Position numbers and translations under genes: made by a program
Assembly (NCBI GenBank): GCA_963827235.1
Contig: CAWHAE010000016.1
Coordinates: 992,001-1,056,000 of the forward strand
Source of the DNA: an uncultured bacterium
Lineage (GTDB): Bacteria > Chloroflexota > UBA5177 > JANWHV01
Length of the DNA: 64,000 nucleotides
Direction: 5' to 3'
The notes under the pieces: generated by a model
What the model was told of the DNA's origin: nothing
Seen by the model: the letters and a program-made list of their open reading frames with translations, nothing else
Databases searched by the model: none
Shown here: one piece after another, positions 8,576 to 18,197 of the stretch
How positions within the stretch are numbered: the stretch's first letter is position 1
How the letters are laid out: each line of letters opens with the position of its first letter

Positions 8576-10309
8576 TCACTTGACGAACGCCTTGACCACT
8601 TTGCAGGGTGACGAGCCGCGGTTGCGGAGGGTGAACGAGCCGAGAGAGGACGGGAGAATCATGCTCTCGGCGAACCGCAGTTCCACCGGCTCGAGGCCCT
8701 CCGTTTCGACCGCACAGCACTCCCCTTCGACCAGATTGATAGCCACGAACCGGTCCCCTGTTGTGTCCGGGACGCCGTCCACAAAATCCAGCCGTGTGAT
8801 GGCGAAGAAGAGCCTGGGGTTGTCTGCCAGGCGATATTCAGCCCAGCCGGGCCCCTCGCGCAGTAGCTCCGGCACCGGAACCAGGTTGGAACGCACCCAG
8901 CCGGTGGTGCGGGTCGCGTCGATGTTGGCGAAAGCATGCTCCAGATGCACGGGTCGCAGATTGCCGCGCAGATCCGAGCGCAGGTAGTCGTAGATCTTGA
9001 AGGTAAAGATATACGGCGTGGCGCTGATCTCCAGTACCAAGTTGTTCGCTCCACTGCAGTGGACGGTACCGCTTGGAATCAGGAACAGTTCATGCGGCTT
9101 GCTGGAGAAGCTGTTCACGTAGTCGGTGATCTCCAGAGGCTCGGAGTGATCCCTGGCGGCGTAGGCCTTCTGTTTGAAGCGTGCAAGGTCGGCATCCTCG
9201 CGTAGTCCAAGGTAGACTCGGGCCTCGGGATCGCAGGTGACGACGTAATACGTCTCGTCCTGAGTGAACGGCTCTCCGAACTCATCCCGGATATAGTCGA
9301 GGCGCGGATGCACTTGGCAGGATAGGTTGGTGCCGCCCATGGTATCGAGATAATCGAGCCGGATCGGGAAGTAACTGCCGTAGCGGGCCGCCACAGGCAC
9401 CCCCAGCACGGCTTCGGTCTCCTGCCAGAGCAGGTAGTCAAACGAGCACTCCAGGGTATGCGCTCCGTCGCCGAGCAGTATCCCGTTCTCCGGGGCGATC
9501 AACTCGAAGGACCAGGCATAGTTCGGCTGATCGGGCGGCAGGCCAAACTGCTCTTTCATCCACTGTCCACCCCACGGGCCCGGCGCGAACCACGGCTTCA
9601 GCCGGAATGGACGGTGTGCGAGGGTGCGCAGGGCATGGCGCAGGGCCGGGCCACCGACGCTGAGCGGCGTCGAGAGATCTGTCAGATCTGCGAACAGATC
9701 CAGGCGCGGCAACAGTTCCCGCTTGATGCGCCCAAGCACCTGCCAGTCCACGAAATAGAGTCTCTTATAGAGCGCGCCATACGCCGGCACAGTATCCGAT
9801 CCGACGTTGGATACGAGGCCGCGGGCCGCGAGCTCCTGCCCGCGATCCTTGGGCACGTCGAGGTAGATAAGCAAATCACCGCCGGCGACCCTGGAGGCCC
9901 CGAAGCCTGTGAGCACGGTCAACTGGCGGCGCTCAGCCACCGACTGTCGCAGCGCATCCGCTCGCACTGCATCCCACAGCTCTTCGAGATGCCCGTGGAA
10001 GATTCGTCCGAAGACCGGATCGCTGGTGAGATTCGGTGCTAACAGCGCGTCGACCTGTGCTGGCGGCAGGAAACAGCTTGCCGTCGAGCACCACTGTGCG
10101 GCCAGGTGCGCCTCTTCCATTGCCTGTCGCAGCAAGGCGTCGAACTCGTCCCACTGCACGCCCGAGAAGCCGTCGATCACCACCAGGGCAGGGGAAGTCC
10201 GGCTGCCCGCGCAGCGCGCCACCTGTGCCGCGAGTGCTGCGTAGCCCGATTCCACGGCCAATCCAGGCAGCTCATGAACGGGGTGTGTACGGTACGCGGA
10301 CACGGCCAT
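8576..10309 (-). CDS. Class I mannose-6-phosphate isomerase-like cupin protein, long form with N-terminal extension
   Basis: PGPWGGQW, WSFELIAPEN, NLSCQVHP, TQDETYY, GTVHCSG, LEISATP. ATG at 10309 follows a GGAG-rich RBS. Confidence 0.82.
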   Translation of the reverse strand: MAVSAYRTHPVHELPGLAVESGYAALAAQVARCAGSRTSPALVVIDGFSGVQWDEFDALLRQAMEEAHLAAQWCSTASCFLPPAQVDALLAPNLTSDPVFGRIFHGHLEELWDAVRADALRQSVAERRQLTVLTGFGASRVAGGDLLIYLDVPKDRGQELAARGLVSNVGSDTVPAYGALYKRLYFVDWQVLGRIKRELLPRLDLFADLTDLSTPLSVGGPALRHALRTLAHRPFRLKPWFAPGPWGGQWMKEQFGLPPDQPNYAWSFELIAPENGILLGDGAHTLECSFDYLLWQETEAVLGVPVAARYGSYFPIRLDYLDTMGGTNLSCQVHPRLDYIRDEFGEPFTQDETYYVVTCDPEARVYLGLREDADLARFKQKAYAARDHSEPLEITDYVNSFSSKPHELFLIPSGTVHCSGANNLVLEISATPYIFTFKIYDYLRSDLRGNLRPVHLEHAFANIDATRTTGWVRSNLVPVPELLREGPGWAEYRLADNPRLFFAITRLDFVDGVPDTTGDRFVAINLVEGECCAVETEGLEPVELRFAESMILPSSLGSFTLRNRGSSPCKVVKAFVK

Positions 10310-10349
10310 GGGGCCCAACTCCCTCACTCCGGCGACTCGATACCCACTA

Positions 10350-10379
10350 TTGACAAACCGGTATAGCAATACTCATAAT
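10350..10379 (+). promoter_or_regulatory. Putative sigma70-type promoter for the GntR gene
   Basis: TTGACA-N18-CATAAT in the AT-rich divergent intergenic region. Confidence 0.5.
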
Positions 10380-10407
10380 ACCTACGACCTCGATTCACTA
10401 TTACGAC

Positions 10408-11214
10408 TTGATGATAGGTTCAGTGGAGCGGCCTGTAAAGTGGGGTGGGGGCGGCGTGAGGTACGCATCATCGCTCGTTTCCGACCAACCTGTGCCCAAG
10501 TACTACCGCGTGAAAGAAGCGGTACTGGGGCGCATTGCCGACGGCAGCTGGCCGCCCGGATCGCTATTGCCGGCGGAGCCCGAGCTCTGTCAGGAGTTTG
10601 GAGTCAGCCGCATCACGGTGCGCAAAGCCATTGGCGACCTGGTGCATGCGGGCAAGATCGTCACGGTGCAGGGCAAAGGAACGTTCGTCGCTACTCCAAA
10701 GGTGGGTGAGCGTTTCGTGCAGCGCGCCCACGGCTTCTACGAGGACATGGTACGCCGTGGTCTCCAACTGACCACGGAAATACTGCGGCAAGAGGTGATA
10801 CCGGCACCCCAGGACATAGCGGAGCGGCTCGGCCTGCGCAGGGGCGAATCCGTTCACGTGTTGGTGCGCAGGCGATCGGTCGAGGGTGAGAAGCTCCTGA
10901 TCTCCACGACCTACATACCGGAGGTGCTCTGCCCTGGCCTGGTGCATGACGACCTGTCGAATTGCTCGCTGTTCAGGACACTGCGCGAGAAGTACGGGCT
11001 CAGTATCCAGCGAGGGGAACGTTCGCTCGAGGCCGTGGCCGCCGATCAGTGGTATGCCCACGGACTGGACCTGGCGCTTGCCAGCCCGCTCCTCCTTCTG
11101 GAGAGCCGGGCCTTTCTTCCAGATGGAAGAGCATTTGAGTACTCGCAAACCTTGCAACGTGGCGACCGGGCGCGGGTCGACGTGGAGTTTGTACCGGTGC
11201 CCGATGAAGAGTAG
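10408..11214 (+). CDS. GntR family regulator, HutC subfamily (UTRA domain)
   Basis: LPAEPELCQEFGVSRITVRKAI...QGKGTFV HTH plus UTRA domain (SLFRTLREKYG, FEYSQTLQRGDR). Start may be downstream. Confidence 0.93.
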   Translation: MMIGSVERPVKWGGGGVRYASSLVSDQPVPKYYRVKEAVLGRIADGSWPPGSLLPAEPELCQEFGVSRITVRKAIGDLVHAGKIVTVQGKGTFVATPKVGERFVQRAHGFYEDMVRRGLQLTTEILRQEVIPAPQDIAERLGLRRGESVHVLVRRRSVEGEKLLISTTYIPEVLCPGLVHDDLSNCSLFRTLREKYGLSIQRGERSLEAVAADQWYAHGLDLALASPLLLLESRAFLPDGRAFEYSQTLQRGDRARVDVEFVPVPDEE

Positions 11215-11505
11215 ACCTGCCGGAATCGCCGGGGGTGGCGGGCAAACCACCATACACGTCCTCGTGATAGTGTCGAGACCAGTGTGTTAGCCAGGAAGGA
11301 GGTGTGTCCAAACGGGGGAGAGTTCCTCGTCTTCAGCACGTGACCAGGACTTATCTTTCAGTGGCCACGATGCAGCAGCGAGAAGATGGAGGCAGGGAGA
11401 ATACGCCAACCTGCAACCAGCACGTACCGAGGAGATCAGGTCGATTCCGCGCCGGCGCCGAGCTTAGGGGCCGGCCCTACAATGATGTGATAGGGAGATC
11501 GAAAC

Positions 11506-12795
11506 ATGCTCCATGGGTCTGGCTCGCTCTGGCGCCGTCTTGGCGCTGCCGCGATCATTGCAGCCGTCATGCTGCCTTCGGTCGGCGCGGTCAACGCCGC
11601 GCATTCGAAGGCAGGCACGACAGTCAATATTTGGAACGACAAGTCGACCTGGGCGCCGTTCTATAAGACCGAGGGCGCCGCTTCGCTCAAGGCCGTCGGC
11701 GTGGGGCTCAAGCCGGTGGAATATGCCGATACCACGACCTACCAGGCGGCAGTGCGCACGGCCGGCCGTACCTCCAAGGCACCCGACCTGTTCACCTGGT
11801 GGTCCGGCTATCAGATGGTGGACATCGTGAACGCCGGCGAGGCCGCGGATGTCAGCGCGCTGTGGGACAAGAACAAAGCCGCATATGCACCCGGGCTGCG
11901 CGCCGCCTTCACCTTCAACGGCAAGACGTACGGTATTCCTGAGAACCTGGCTTACTGGGAGGTCATTTACAACAAGCACGTCTTTGCCAAGTATCACCTC
12001 ACGGTGCCGACCACCTGGGCGCAGTTCCAGGCGATCGACAAGACGCTGCGCACGAACGGCGTCACGCCTCTTGCCGCCACCGTGGACGGCCAGTGGCCGG
12101 CCTTCATCTACTTCGAGGAGCTCCTGGTGCGGAGCAATCCCACGGCCTATATGAACCTGATGGCCGGCAAGATCAAGTACACCGATCCGGCTGTCGTCAA
12201 CGCGATGACCATCTGGGGCACGATGATCAAGGAAGGTGATTTCACCGATCCCGGCGCCGTGAAGTTCGGCACTTCGGGCAGCAACAACCTGCTCGGCCTC
12301 TTCACGCAGGGCAAGGTGGGAATGGTCGAGATGGGCAGCTGGTATGAGCCGACGCTCACCTCTGCCGGCCTCAAGCCTGGTGTGGATTACGGCGCGTTCA
12401 TAATGCCGAATATCACTCCCACGGCCGGGAAGAACGTGATCTTCGAGACGGGTCCGATCGTGGTCTCTGCTCACGGATCCAACCAAGCGGCGGCGATGAA
12501 GGCTGCGGACTACTTTATGTCGCAGGCCGGCCAGCAAGCCTGGATCAATGCAACGGGATTCATCCCGGCGCGCAGCGATGTGAAGGCCACCAATACGCTC
12601 GATCAGCAAATGGTGTCGACTGTCTCTGCCGGCTACAACCTGATCCCCCGCTACTGGGAAGCGACTCCCTTCGACATCGTGAACGTAGGCGTCAATGAGT
12701 TCGCCAAGTTCATGCTGCACCCCGGTACCGACCCGATGCCCATTCTGCAGGCCATCCAGACCCAGGCGGACCGCACCTGGGCGTCAATGCGCTAG
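11506..12795 (+). CDS. ABC transporter sugar-binding protein
   Basis: Sec signal peptide, APDLFTWW, GKTYGIP, YNKHVF, PTTWAQF, FTQGKVGM. Confidence 0.92.
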   Translation: MLHGSGSLWRRLGAAAIIAAVMLPSVGAVNAAHSKAGTTVNIWNDKSTWAPFYKTEGAASLKAVGVGLKPVEYADTTTYQAAVRTAGRTSKAPDLFTWWSGYQMVDIVNAGEAADVSALWDKNKAAYAPGLRAAFTFNGKTYGIPENLAYWEVIYNKHVFAKYHLTVPTTWAQFQAIDKTLRTNGVTPLAATVDGQWPAFIYFEELLVRSNPTAYMNLMAGKIKYTDPAVVNAMTIWGTMIKEGDFTDPGAVKFGTSGSNNLLGLFTQGKVGMVEMGSWYEPTLTSAGLKPGVDYGAFIMPNITPTAGKNVIFETGPIVVSAHGSNQAAAMKAADYFMSQAGQQAWINATGFIPARSDVKATNTLDQQMVSTVSAGYNLIPRYWEATPFDIVNVGVNEFAKFMLHPGTDPMPILQAIQTQADRTWASMR

Positions 12796-12812
12796 ACTCG
12801 CACGGGCATAGT

Positions 12813-12852
12813 GTGCATGGTGGCGCGGCGATACCGCCGCGCCACCATGCAC
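12813..12852 (+). terminator. Perfect 18-bp stem-loop between the binding-protein and permease genes (stabiliser/attenuator)
   Basis: GTGCATGGTGGCGCGGCG-atac-CGCCGCGCCACCATGCAC; no U-tract. Confidence 0.75.
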
Positions 12853-12896
12853 GAATAGGTAGTCTGCTGCCGCACACTGTCTGGAGCAGCAACAAC

Positions 12897-13847
12897 ATGA
12901 ACGTCGCTTCGCCGCGTGAATCAGCCGTCGATCCCGCACAGGGTGGACCGGGAATTGCGCTGGTCCGCCACAGACGGATCCCGGTAAGGCCGCTGCAGTA
13001 TCTCTACATGCTGCCGATGCTGCTGATGGTCGGTGCCTTCCTGCTCTATCCGGCAATCACTACATTTCGCCTCAGTTTCACCGACTCGAACGGCCTCAAC
13101 GACGCGAAATTCATCGGGCTGAAGAACTATACCGATCTGTTCACGGACCCGCAGTTCAGCACCTCGTTCACAAATACGCTGCTCTGGGTAGTCGGCGTGA
13201 TGTTGCTGCAGGTTGTGCTCGGACTGCTACTCGCGGTAGTCCTCAGCGAGGTGCGCGGCGGCGACCTGATGAAGATTCTTTTCTATCTCCCGGCCACAAT
13301 TTCCGGCGCCACGGTTGCCGTGGTCTGGTACTTCATGTTCGATCCCGGCCAGGGCATGGTCAACACGACGCTGCGCTTGGTGCACCTCAATATGCTGACC
13401 CACGACTGGCTGACCGATGTCCCGACCAACACCTGGGCCATGATCGTAGCAGCTACATGGCAAGGTCTGGGTCCAAACATGCTGCTCTTCCTGGTTGGCC
13501 TGCAGAACCTGCCGCGTGAGCCGCTGGAAGCCGCCATGCTGGATGGCGCGGGACCGATACGGCTCTTCTGGCACATCACCGTGCCGTTGCTGCGGCCGAT
13601 GCTCACGATTGTGGCAGGCATCGCGCTGATCAACAGTTTCAAGGTGTTCGACTTGATCTGGGTGATGACGCAGGGCGGTCCCTATCGATCCAGCGAGACG
13701 CTGGCGCTGACCATGTATCATGAGTCTTTTGTCAGCTTTCAGCTCGGCTACGGTGCATCGGTGGCCATCGTGTTGACCGCGATTGTGATGGTCTTGTCGA
13801 TCTTCTACCTGCGCACAATGTTCAGCCGGGACGCGGAGGTGTATTGA
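12897..13847 (+). CDS. Carbohydrate ABC transporter permease (MalF/UgpA-like)
   Basis: FIGLKNY, EAA loop LEAAMLDGAG, SFKVFDLIWVMTQGGP. Confidence 0.93.
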   Translation: MNVASPRESAVDPAQGGPGIALVRHRRIPVRPLQYLYMLPMLLMVGAFLLYPAITTFRLSFTDSNGLNDAKFIGLKNYTDLFTDPQFSTSFTNTLLWVVGVMLLQVVLGLLLAVVLSEVRGGDLMKILFYLPATISGATVAVVWYFMFDPGQGMVNTTLRLVHLNMLTHDWLTDVPTNTWAMIVAATWQGLGPNMLLFLVGLQNLPREPLEAAMLDGAGPIRLFWHITVPLLRPMLTIVAGIALINSFKVFDLIWVMTQGGPYRSSETLALTMYHESFVSFQLGYGASVAIVLTAIVMVLSIFYLRTMFSRDAEVY

Positions 13848-14728
13848 TGTTTGTTGCACCTCCCACACAAACCGCACCCGCCAAGCAGAAGCAACCACCA
13901 CGCTATGGCCGCTGGATCGTCCAGACTGTGGTCGTCGTGCTGGTAGTGATCTGGCTGGTGCCCTTCTGGTCACCGCTCATCACGCCGATGAAGACAACCA
14001 CGGAATACTTCAACTCATCGGCCTGGGCGTTGCCCAAGAACGCGGCCAACATATTCAGCAATATGCAGACCGCCTGGGCGACCGCCGGCCTCGGACCTGG
14101 CTTTCTGGCCAGCCTCTCGTATGGCCTCGTCGGGGCGGCGCTGGCGATCATTTTCGCCTCGCTGGGAGCGTTCGCAATCACACGCCTGCAAATCTGGGCC
14201 CCGTTCTTCTGGTTTATGCTCGTGTTCACCGGCACGATCGTGCCGTTCCAGATGTATCTGATCCCCCTGTTTCAGACCTACAACAATGTCGGTCTCTATG
14301 ACACCTGGATCGGTATGGCGGCGTTCTACACCGCCATCGCCATACCGTTCTGCCTCTTCGTGCTGCGCGGAACCTTCTCCACGATCAGCCGGGAAATCAT
14401 GGAGGCAGCACGCCTGGACGGGTGCCGCGACTTTGCGGTCTATTGGCGAATCTGCATGCCGCTCTCGCGCGGCGCCATAGCCGCTCTGTTCCTGTTCCAG
14501 TTCACCTGGATCTGGAACGATCTGATCTTCGGCCTGGTGCTGTCGATCTCCGATGGCGTCCGTCCGGTGATGCCTACGCTGGCCGGCATGCAAGGGATCT
14601 ATGCCACAACGGGTCCGCCAATCGTGCTCTCCGCCGCGTTGATAGCATCCATGCCGACGCTTATCCTCTTCCTGTTGCTGCGCAACTATCTGATCAAGGG
14701 CCTGACGCTTACCGTCGGCAATCAGTGA
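13847..14728 (+). CDS. Carbohydrate ABC transporter permease (MalG/UgpE-like)
   Basis: EAARLDGC, FTWIWNDL, IKGLTL; start overlaps the upstream stop (TGATG). Confidence 0.93.
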   Translation: MFVAPPTQTAPAKQKQPPRYGRWIVQTVVVVLVVIWLVPFWSPLITPMKTTTEYFNSSAWALPKNAANIFSNMQTAWATAGLGPGFLASLSYGLVGAALAIIFASLGAFAITRLQIWAPFFWFMLVFTGTIVPFQMYLIPLFQTYNNVGLYDTWIGMAAFYTAIAIPFCLFVLRGTFSTISREIMEAARLDGCRDFAVYWRICMPLSRGAIAALFLFQFTWIWNDLIFGLVLSISDGVRPVMPTLAGMQGIYATTGPPIVLSAALIASMPTLILFLLLRNYLIKGLTLTVGNQ

Positions 14729-14906
14729 TCTGGGGGTTGGGCTGATGCCGGAGCGTAATTTGGCGCGTCTACTTCTATCACCACCATACGCACACCGTGA
14801 TTAGCTACACCCATCCCCAGGAGGAAGCCGCAGAACGGCGACGAACTCCTGATCCTGCCTTGAGCGCAACCCTGGCGCCGTTCGGTGCCGCTGCGTGGAA
14901 GCCGCG

Positions 14907-14972
14907 CGCGGTAAAGTAAGGGAGTGTGGCTCAGCCTGCGAGTCTCGATCCGCAGACTGAGTCACTACCGCG
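14907..14972 (+). other. Extended imperfect stem-loop in the permease-SDR intergenic region
   Basis: gtggctcagcctgcg (14926-14940) pairs with cgcagactgagtcac (14951-14965); the outer cgcggta/taccgcg also pair. Confidence 0.5.
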
Positions 14973-15063
14973 ACCGTACCTGGACGTGGAGTCCGCGGGA
15001 ATCCGTGCTTCTGAAGAGCTCGCCTGGACATAGTCATTCTGTGGTCGGTGGACACGGGAGGAC

Positions 15064-15861
15064 ATGATGGAGGAGTCGCCCGGATTGCTGGTGGGGAAGA
15101 TAGCCGTGGTCACAGGAGCAGGGTCCGGTATTGGCCGCGCCTCGGCGCGGGCGCTGGGCTCCGCAGGCGCGGTAGTTGCAGTCGTGGACCGTGATCCGGC
15201 CGGTGCCGCGTCGGCAGTGGAAGAGATCCGCGCCGCCGGCGGTCAGGCCATCGCCATCGTCGCCGACGTGTCGTCGAGCGAGGGCGCCGCGCACGTAGCG
15301 GCAACCGCGCGCGAGGAATTAGGCGGCCTGGATATTCTGCACAATAACGCAGGCATCCAGCGCTACGGCACGGTGGTGAGTACTCCCGAATCCGAATGGG
15401 ACGACGTGATGCGGGTGAACGTCAAGAGCATGTATCTCGTGGCGCGAGCCTGCGTGCCGCTGATACAGGCGCGCGGCGGCGGCGCTATCGTCAATACTGC
15501 CTCAGTGCAGGCTTTCGCCAGCCAGTCGAGCGTGGCGGCGTATACGACCAGCAAGCATGCCGTCCTTGGCCTCACCCGATCCATGGCGGTGGATCTTGCG
15601 CCAGCGATTCGCGTCAATTGTGTCTGTCCCGGCGCGGTGGACACACCGATGCTTCGAAGCGTGGTCGCCGGCGCGCTCGACCCGCAGGGCGTCTGGCGAA
15701 CCCTGGAGCATATGCACCTGCTCGGGCGAGTGGCGCGGCCCGAGGAAGTCGCGGCCGTCGTGGTATTTCTGGCCGGACCCATGGCGTCGTTCGTCACGGG
15801 CGCCGCCATACCGGTGGATGGTGGGATGATGGTCGCGCTGGGTGGGTCACCTGCGCATTGA
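15064..15861 (+). CDS. Short-chain dehydrogenase/reductase
   Basis: TGAGSGIG, NNAG, YTTSK, VNCVCPGAVDT, VDGG. Confidence 0.93.
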   Translation: MMEESPGLLVGKIAVVTGAGSGIGRASARALGSAGAVVAVVDRDPAGAASAVEEIRAAGGQAIAIVADVSSSEGAAHVAATAREELGGLDILHNNAGIQRYGTVVSTPESEWDDVMRVNVKSMYLVARACVPLIQARGGGAIVNTASVQAFASQSSVAAYTTSKHAVLGLTRSMAVDLAPAIRVNCVCPGAVDTPMLRSVVAGALDPQGVWRTLEHMHLLGRVARPEEVAAVVVFLAGPMASFVTGAAIPVDGGMMVALGGSPAH

Positions 15862-15897
15862 ACCAGTAGCGGCGGGGAGGGGAACCGCTGCGGTCGT

Positions 15898-17025
15898 GTG
15901 GAGGCTCTGCCAATGAGCTGGATGGCGGATCGCAAGCACGGATGCCGGCTGCAGATGTACAGGCGGCTCGGCCTCCGACATCTGGTGCTGGAGAATCGCG
16001 CCGTGCGCGTCACGGTGCTGCCGGACAAGGGTTCGGACATCGTCGAGCTGCGTCTGAAGCAGCTCGATCTGGACGTACTCTGGACCTCGCCGAACGGCAT
16101 CCGGGATCCGCGCACCACGATTCCCTCATCCGATGCTGACGGTGCGATGCTGGATTTCTATGAGGGTGGTTGGCAGGAGCTCGTGCCCAGCGGCGGCCCT
16201 TCGTCCACCCACATGGGCGCGAGCTGGGGCCAGCACGGTGAAAGCAGCACACTTCCGTGGGACGTGCGCGTGGTGGCGGACACCTCAGATCACGTGGCCG
16301 TGGAGCTTCGGGTGCGCCTGCTTCGCTACCCGGTCAGCTTGCATAAGGTGCTGCATCTGCGCGGCGAGCGCGCGATCCTCGATATTGAGGAGACGCTCTG
16401 CAACGAGGCAGACGAGCCGGTCGACGTCATGTGGGGGCACCATCCCACTGTTGGCGCGCCATTCCTGTCGCCGGCTTGTCGCTTCTATCTCCCGGGCGGC
16501 GACGTGCGTGTGCCGGAGAAAATCAGCTTTGAGCGGCAACGCGCGGCGCCGGGGGCAATAGGGCGCTGGCCCACCGTCCAGTCCGTGGACGGCGCCATGC
16601 TCGACCTCTCGACCATGCCCTCGCCGGAAGCACAAACTGCCGAGATGCTTTATGTCACGGCAGTGTCCGATGGTTGGTACGCGATAGCCAACGACCAGCT
16701 TGGCGCCGGATTCGGCCTCTGCTGGGATGCCGCCGTCTTTCCGCACCTCTGGTACTGGCAGGTAGTCCGCGGCTCGTACGGCTATCCATGGTATGGGCGC
16801 ACCTACAGCATGGCACTCGAGCCCTGGACAAGCCGGCCCGGTGAAGGACTGGCGACGGCTGTGGCGCAGGGGACTGCCCTGCGACTGGCGGCAGGTGAGA
16901 ACCGCTCCACGGCACTGCACGCGGTGCTCTGGGAAGGGCGTGGCCCCGTCGTGCATGTGAACGCCGCGGGCGTCGAACATGCTGTCGCAGATCCAGGGAA
17001 CGCGGTCAAGGACCGTGTGTGGTAA
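15898..17025 (+). CDS. Galactose mutarotase-like (aldose 1-epimerase/DUF4432-like) protein
   Basis: LENRAVRVTVLPDKGSDI, YEGGWQE, QHGE, MWGHHP, ALEPWTS. Confidence 0.75.
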   Translation: MEALPMSWMADRKHGCRLQMYRRLGLRHLVLENRAVRVTVLPDKGSDIVELRLKQLDLDVLWTSPNGIRDPRTTIPSSDADGAMLDFYEGGWQELVPSGGPSSTHMGASWGQHGESSTLPWDVRVVADTSDHVAVELRVRLLRYPVSLHKVLHLRGERAILDIEETLCNEADEPVDVMWGHHPTVGAPFLSPACRFYLPGGDVRVPEKISFERQRAAPGAIGRWPTVQSVDGAMLDLSTMPSPEAQTAEMLYVTAVSDGWYAIANDQLGAGFGLCWDAAVFPHLWYWQVVRGSYGYPWYGRTYSMALEPWTSRPGEGLATAVAQGTALRLAAGENRSTALHAVLWEGRGPVVHVNAAGVEHAVADPGNAVKDRVW

Positions 17026-17076
17026 CAGGATGATGGGTAAAAGACCCAGCCCCTCGTTGGAACGAAGAGGTGTGCA

Positions 17077-18027
17077 TTGAGTTTTGAGGGCGCGGCATTG
17101 GCGATCGACTTGGGAGGCACGCGTATCAAAGCCGGCGTGGTGGCGGGACACGAGGTCGTGGCCCAACGCATCGTGCCGACCGAAGATGAGCAGGGATTCG
17201 AGCACGTGCTTCAGCAGATTGTCCTGGTCGGCGAGCAACTGCTGAATGAGCATCCGGCCGTCGTGGTCGGGCTCAGTCTGCCAGCCGTGGTGGATGCCGA
17301 GCGGGGCATCGTGCTGGACGTGCGCAAGAACCTCTCTGGACTGATCGGCTTTCCGCTGGCGGACGTGTTGCGTGAACGCTTCCAGCTTCCTGTGGCGGTG
17401 GAAAACGACGCGCGCCTGTACGGTCTCGGCGAGATGGTTGCCGGGACCGGGCGCGGCATCGCCAACCTGGTCGCACTCACACTGGGCACCGGAGTAGGGT
17501 GCTGTGTCGCCCTGAACGGCCACATCCTGCGCGGCACTCACGGCACTGGCGGTATACTGGGTGGCCACATGACTATCGAGACCTACGGTCCACGCTGCAA
17601 CTGCGGTAACATCGGGTGCGTTGAGATGCTGTGCAGCGCACCGGCGCTGGTCGCGTCGATGACGGCGCGTTTGGCACGAGTACCCGAGCACCCGCTGCAC
17701 GCTGCGGGGGTGCCGACAGCGGAGGCAGTGATCGCCGCCGCCGCCCACGGAGATGATGCGGCTCGAGCGACCATGGAGGTCTTCGAGCGGCATCTTGCGA
17801 CGGCCATAGTGTCATACGTGCACGTGTATGATCCCGACGTCGTTATCCTCGGAGGCGGCCTGATGCATGCCGCGGACGCCATTCTGCCTCCGGTACAGCG
17901 CTATGTGCAGGAGCACACCTGGACCAGCCCGCCTCGGGCCGTCCCGGTGCTGGCAGCAACGCTTGGGGACAGCGCCGCGCTTGTAGGCGCGGCGGCGATG
18001 GCGCGCGGCCAAGCGCGATTCCTGTAG
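17077..18027 (+). CDS. ROK family sugar kinase
   Basis: IDLGGT, VENDA, TLGTGVG, GHMTI, CNCGNIGCVE Zn motif. Confidence 0.93.
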   Translation: MSFEGAALAIDLGGTRIKAGVVAGHEVVAQRIVPTEDEQGFEHVLQQIVLVGEQLLNEHPAVVVGLSLPAVVDAERGIVLDVRKNLSGLIGFPLADVLRERFQLPVAVENDARLYGLGEMVAGTGRGIANLVALTLGTGVGCCVALNGHILRGTHGTGGILGGHMTIETYGPRCNCGNIGCVEMLCSAPALVASMTARLARVPEHPLHAAGVPTAEAVIAAAAHGDDAARATMEVFERHLATAIVSYVHVYDPDVVILGGGLMHAADAILPPVQRYVQEHTWTSPPRAVPVLAATLGDSAALVGAAAMARGQARFL

Positions 18028-18197
18028 GTTGCCTATCGTGCCGACCATTGTCCCGAAACTGAGCAGGAGCCGGCACCGCACGTGCAGCACCGTATCGATC
18101 ATGGGCAGGCGCCCACTTCCGCTGCGACATACAATTCGGGCGGAGTTCGATGAAGCAGGGAGGGAGCACTCAGGTGTCTACCGCGGTGAGGGAACAT

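Noticed and set aside
14810-14890. SAM-I riboswitch-like GCAACC...GGTGC words
   Set aside because: The P1/P2 consensus and spacing do not fit, and the downstream gene context is unrelated to methionine or SAM.
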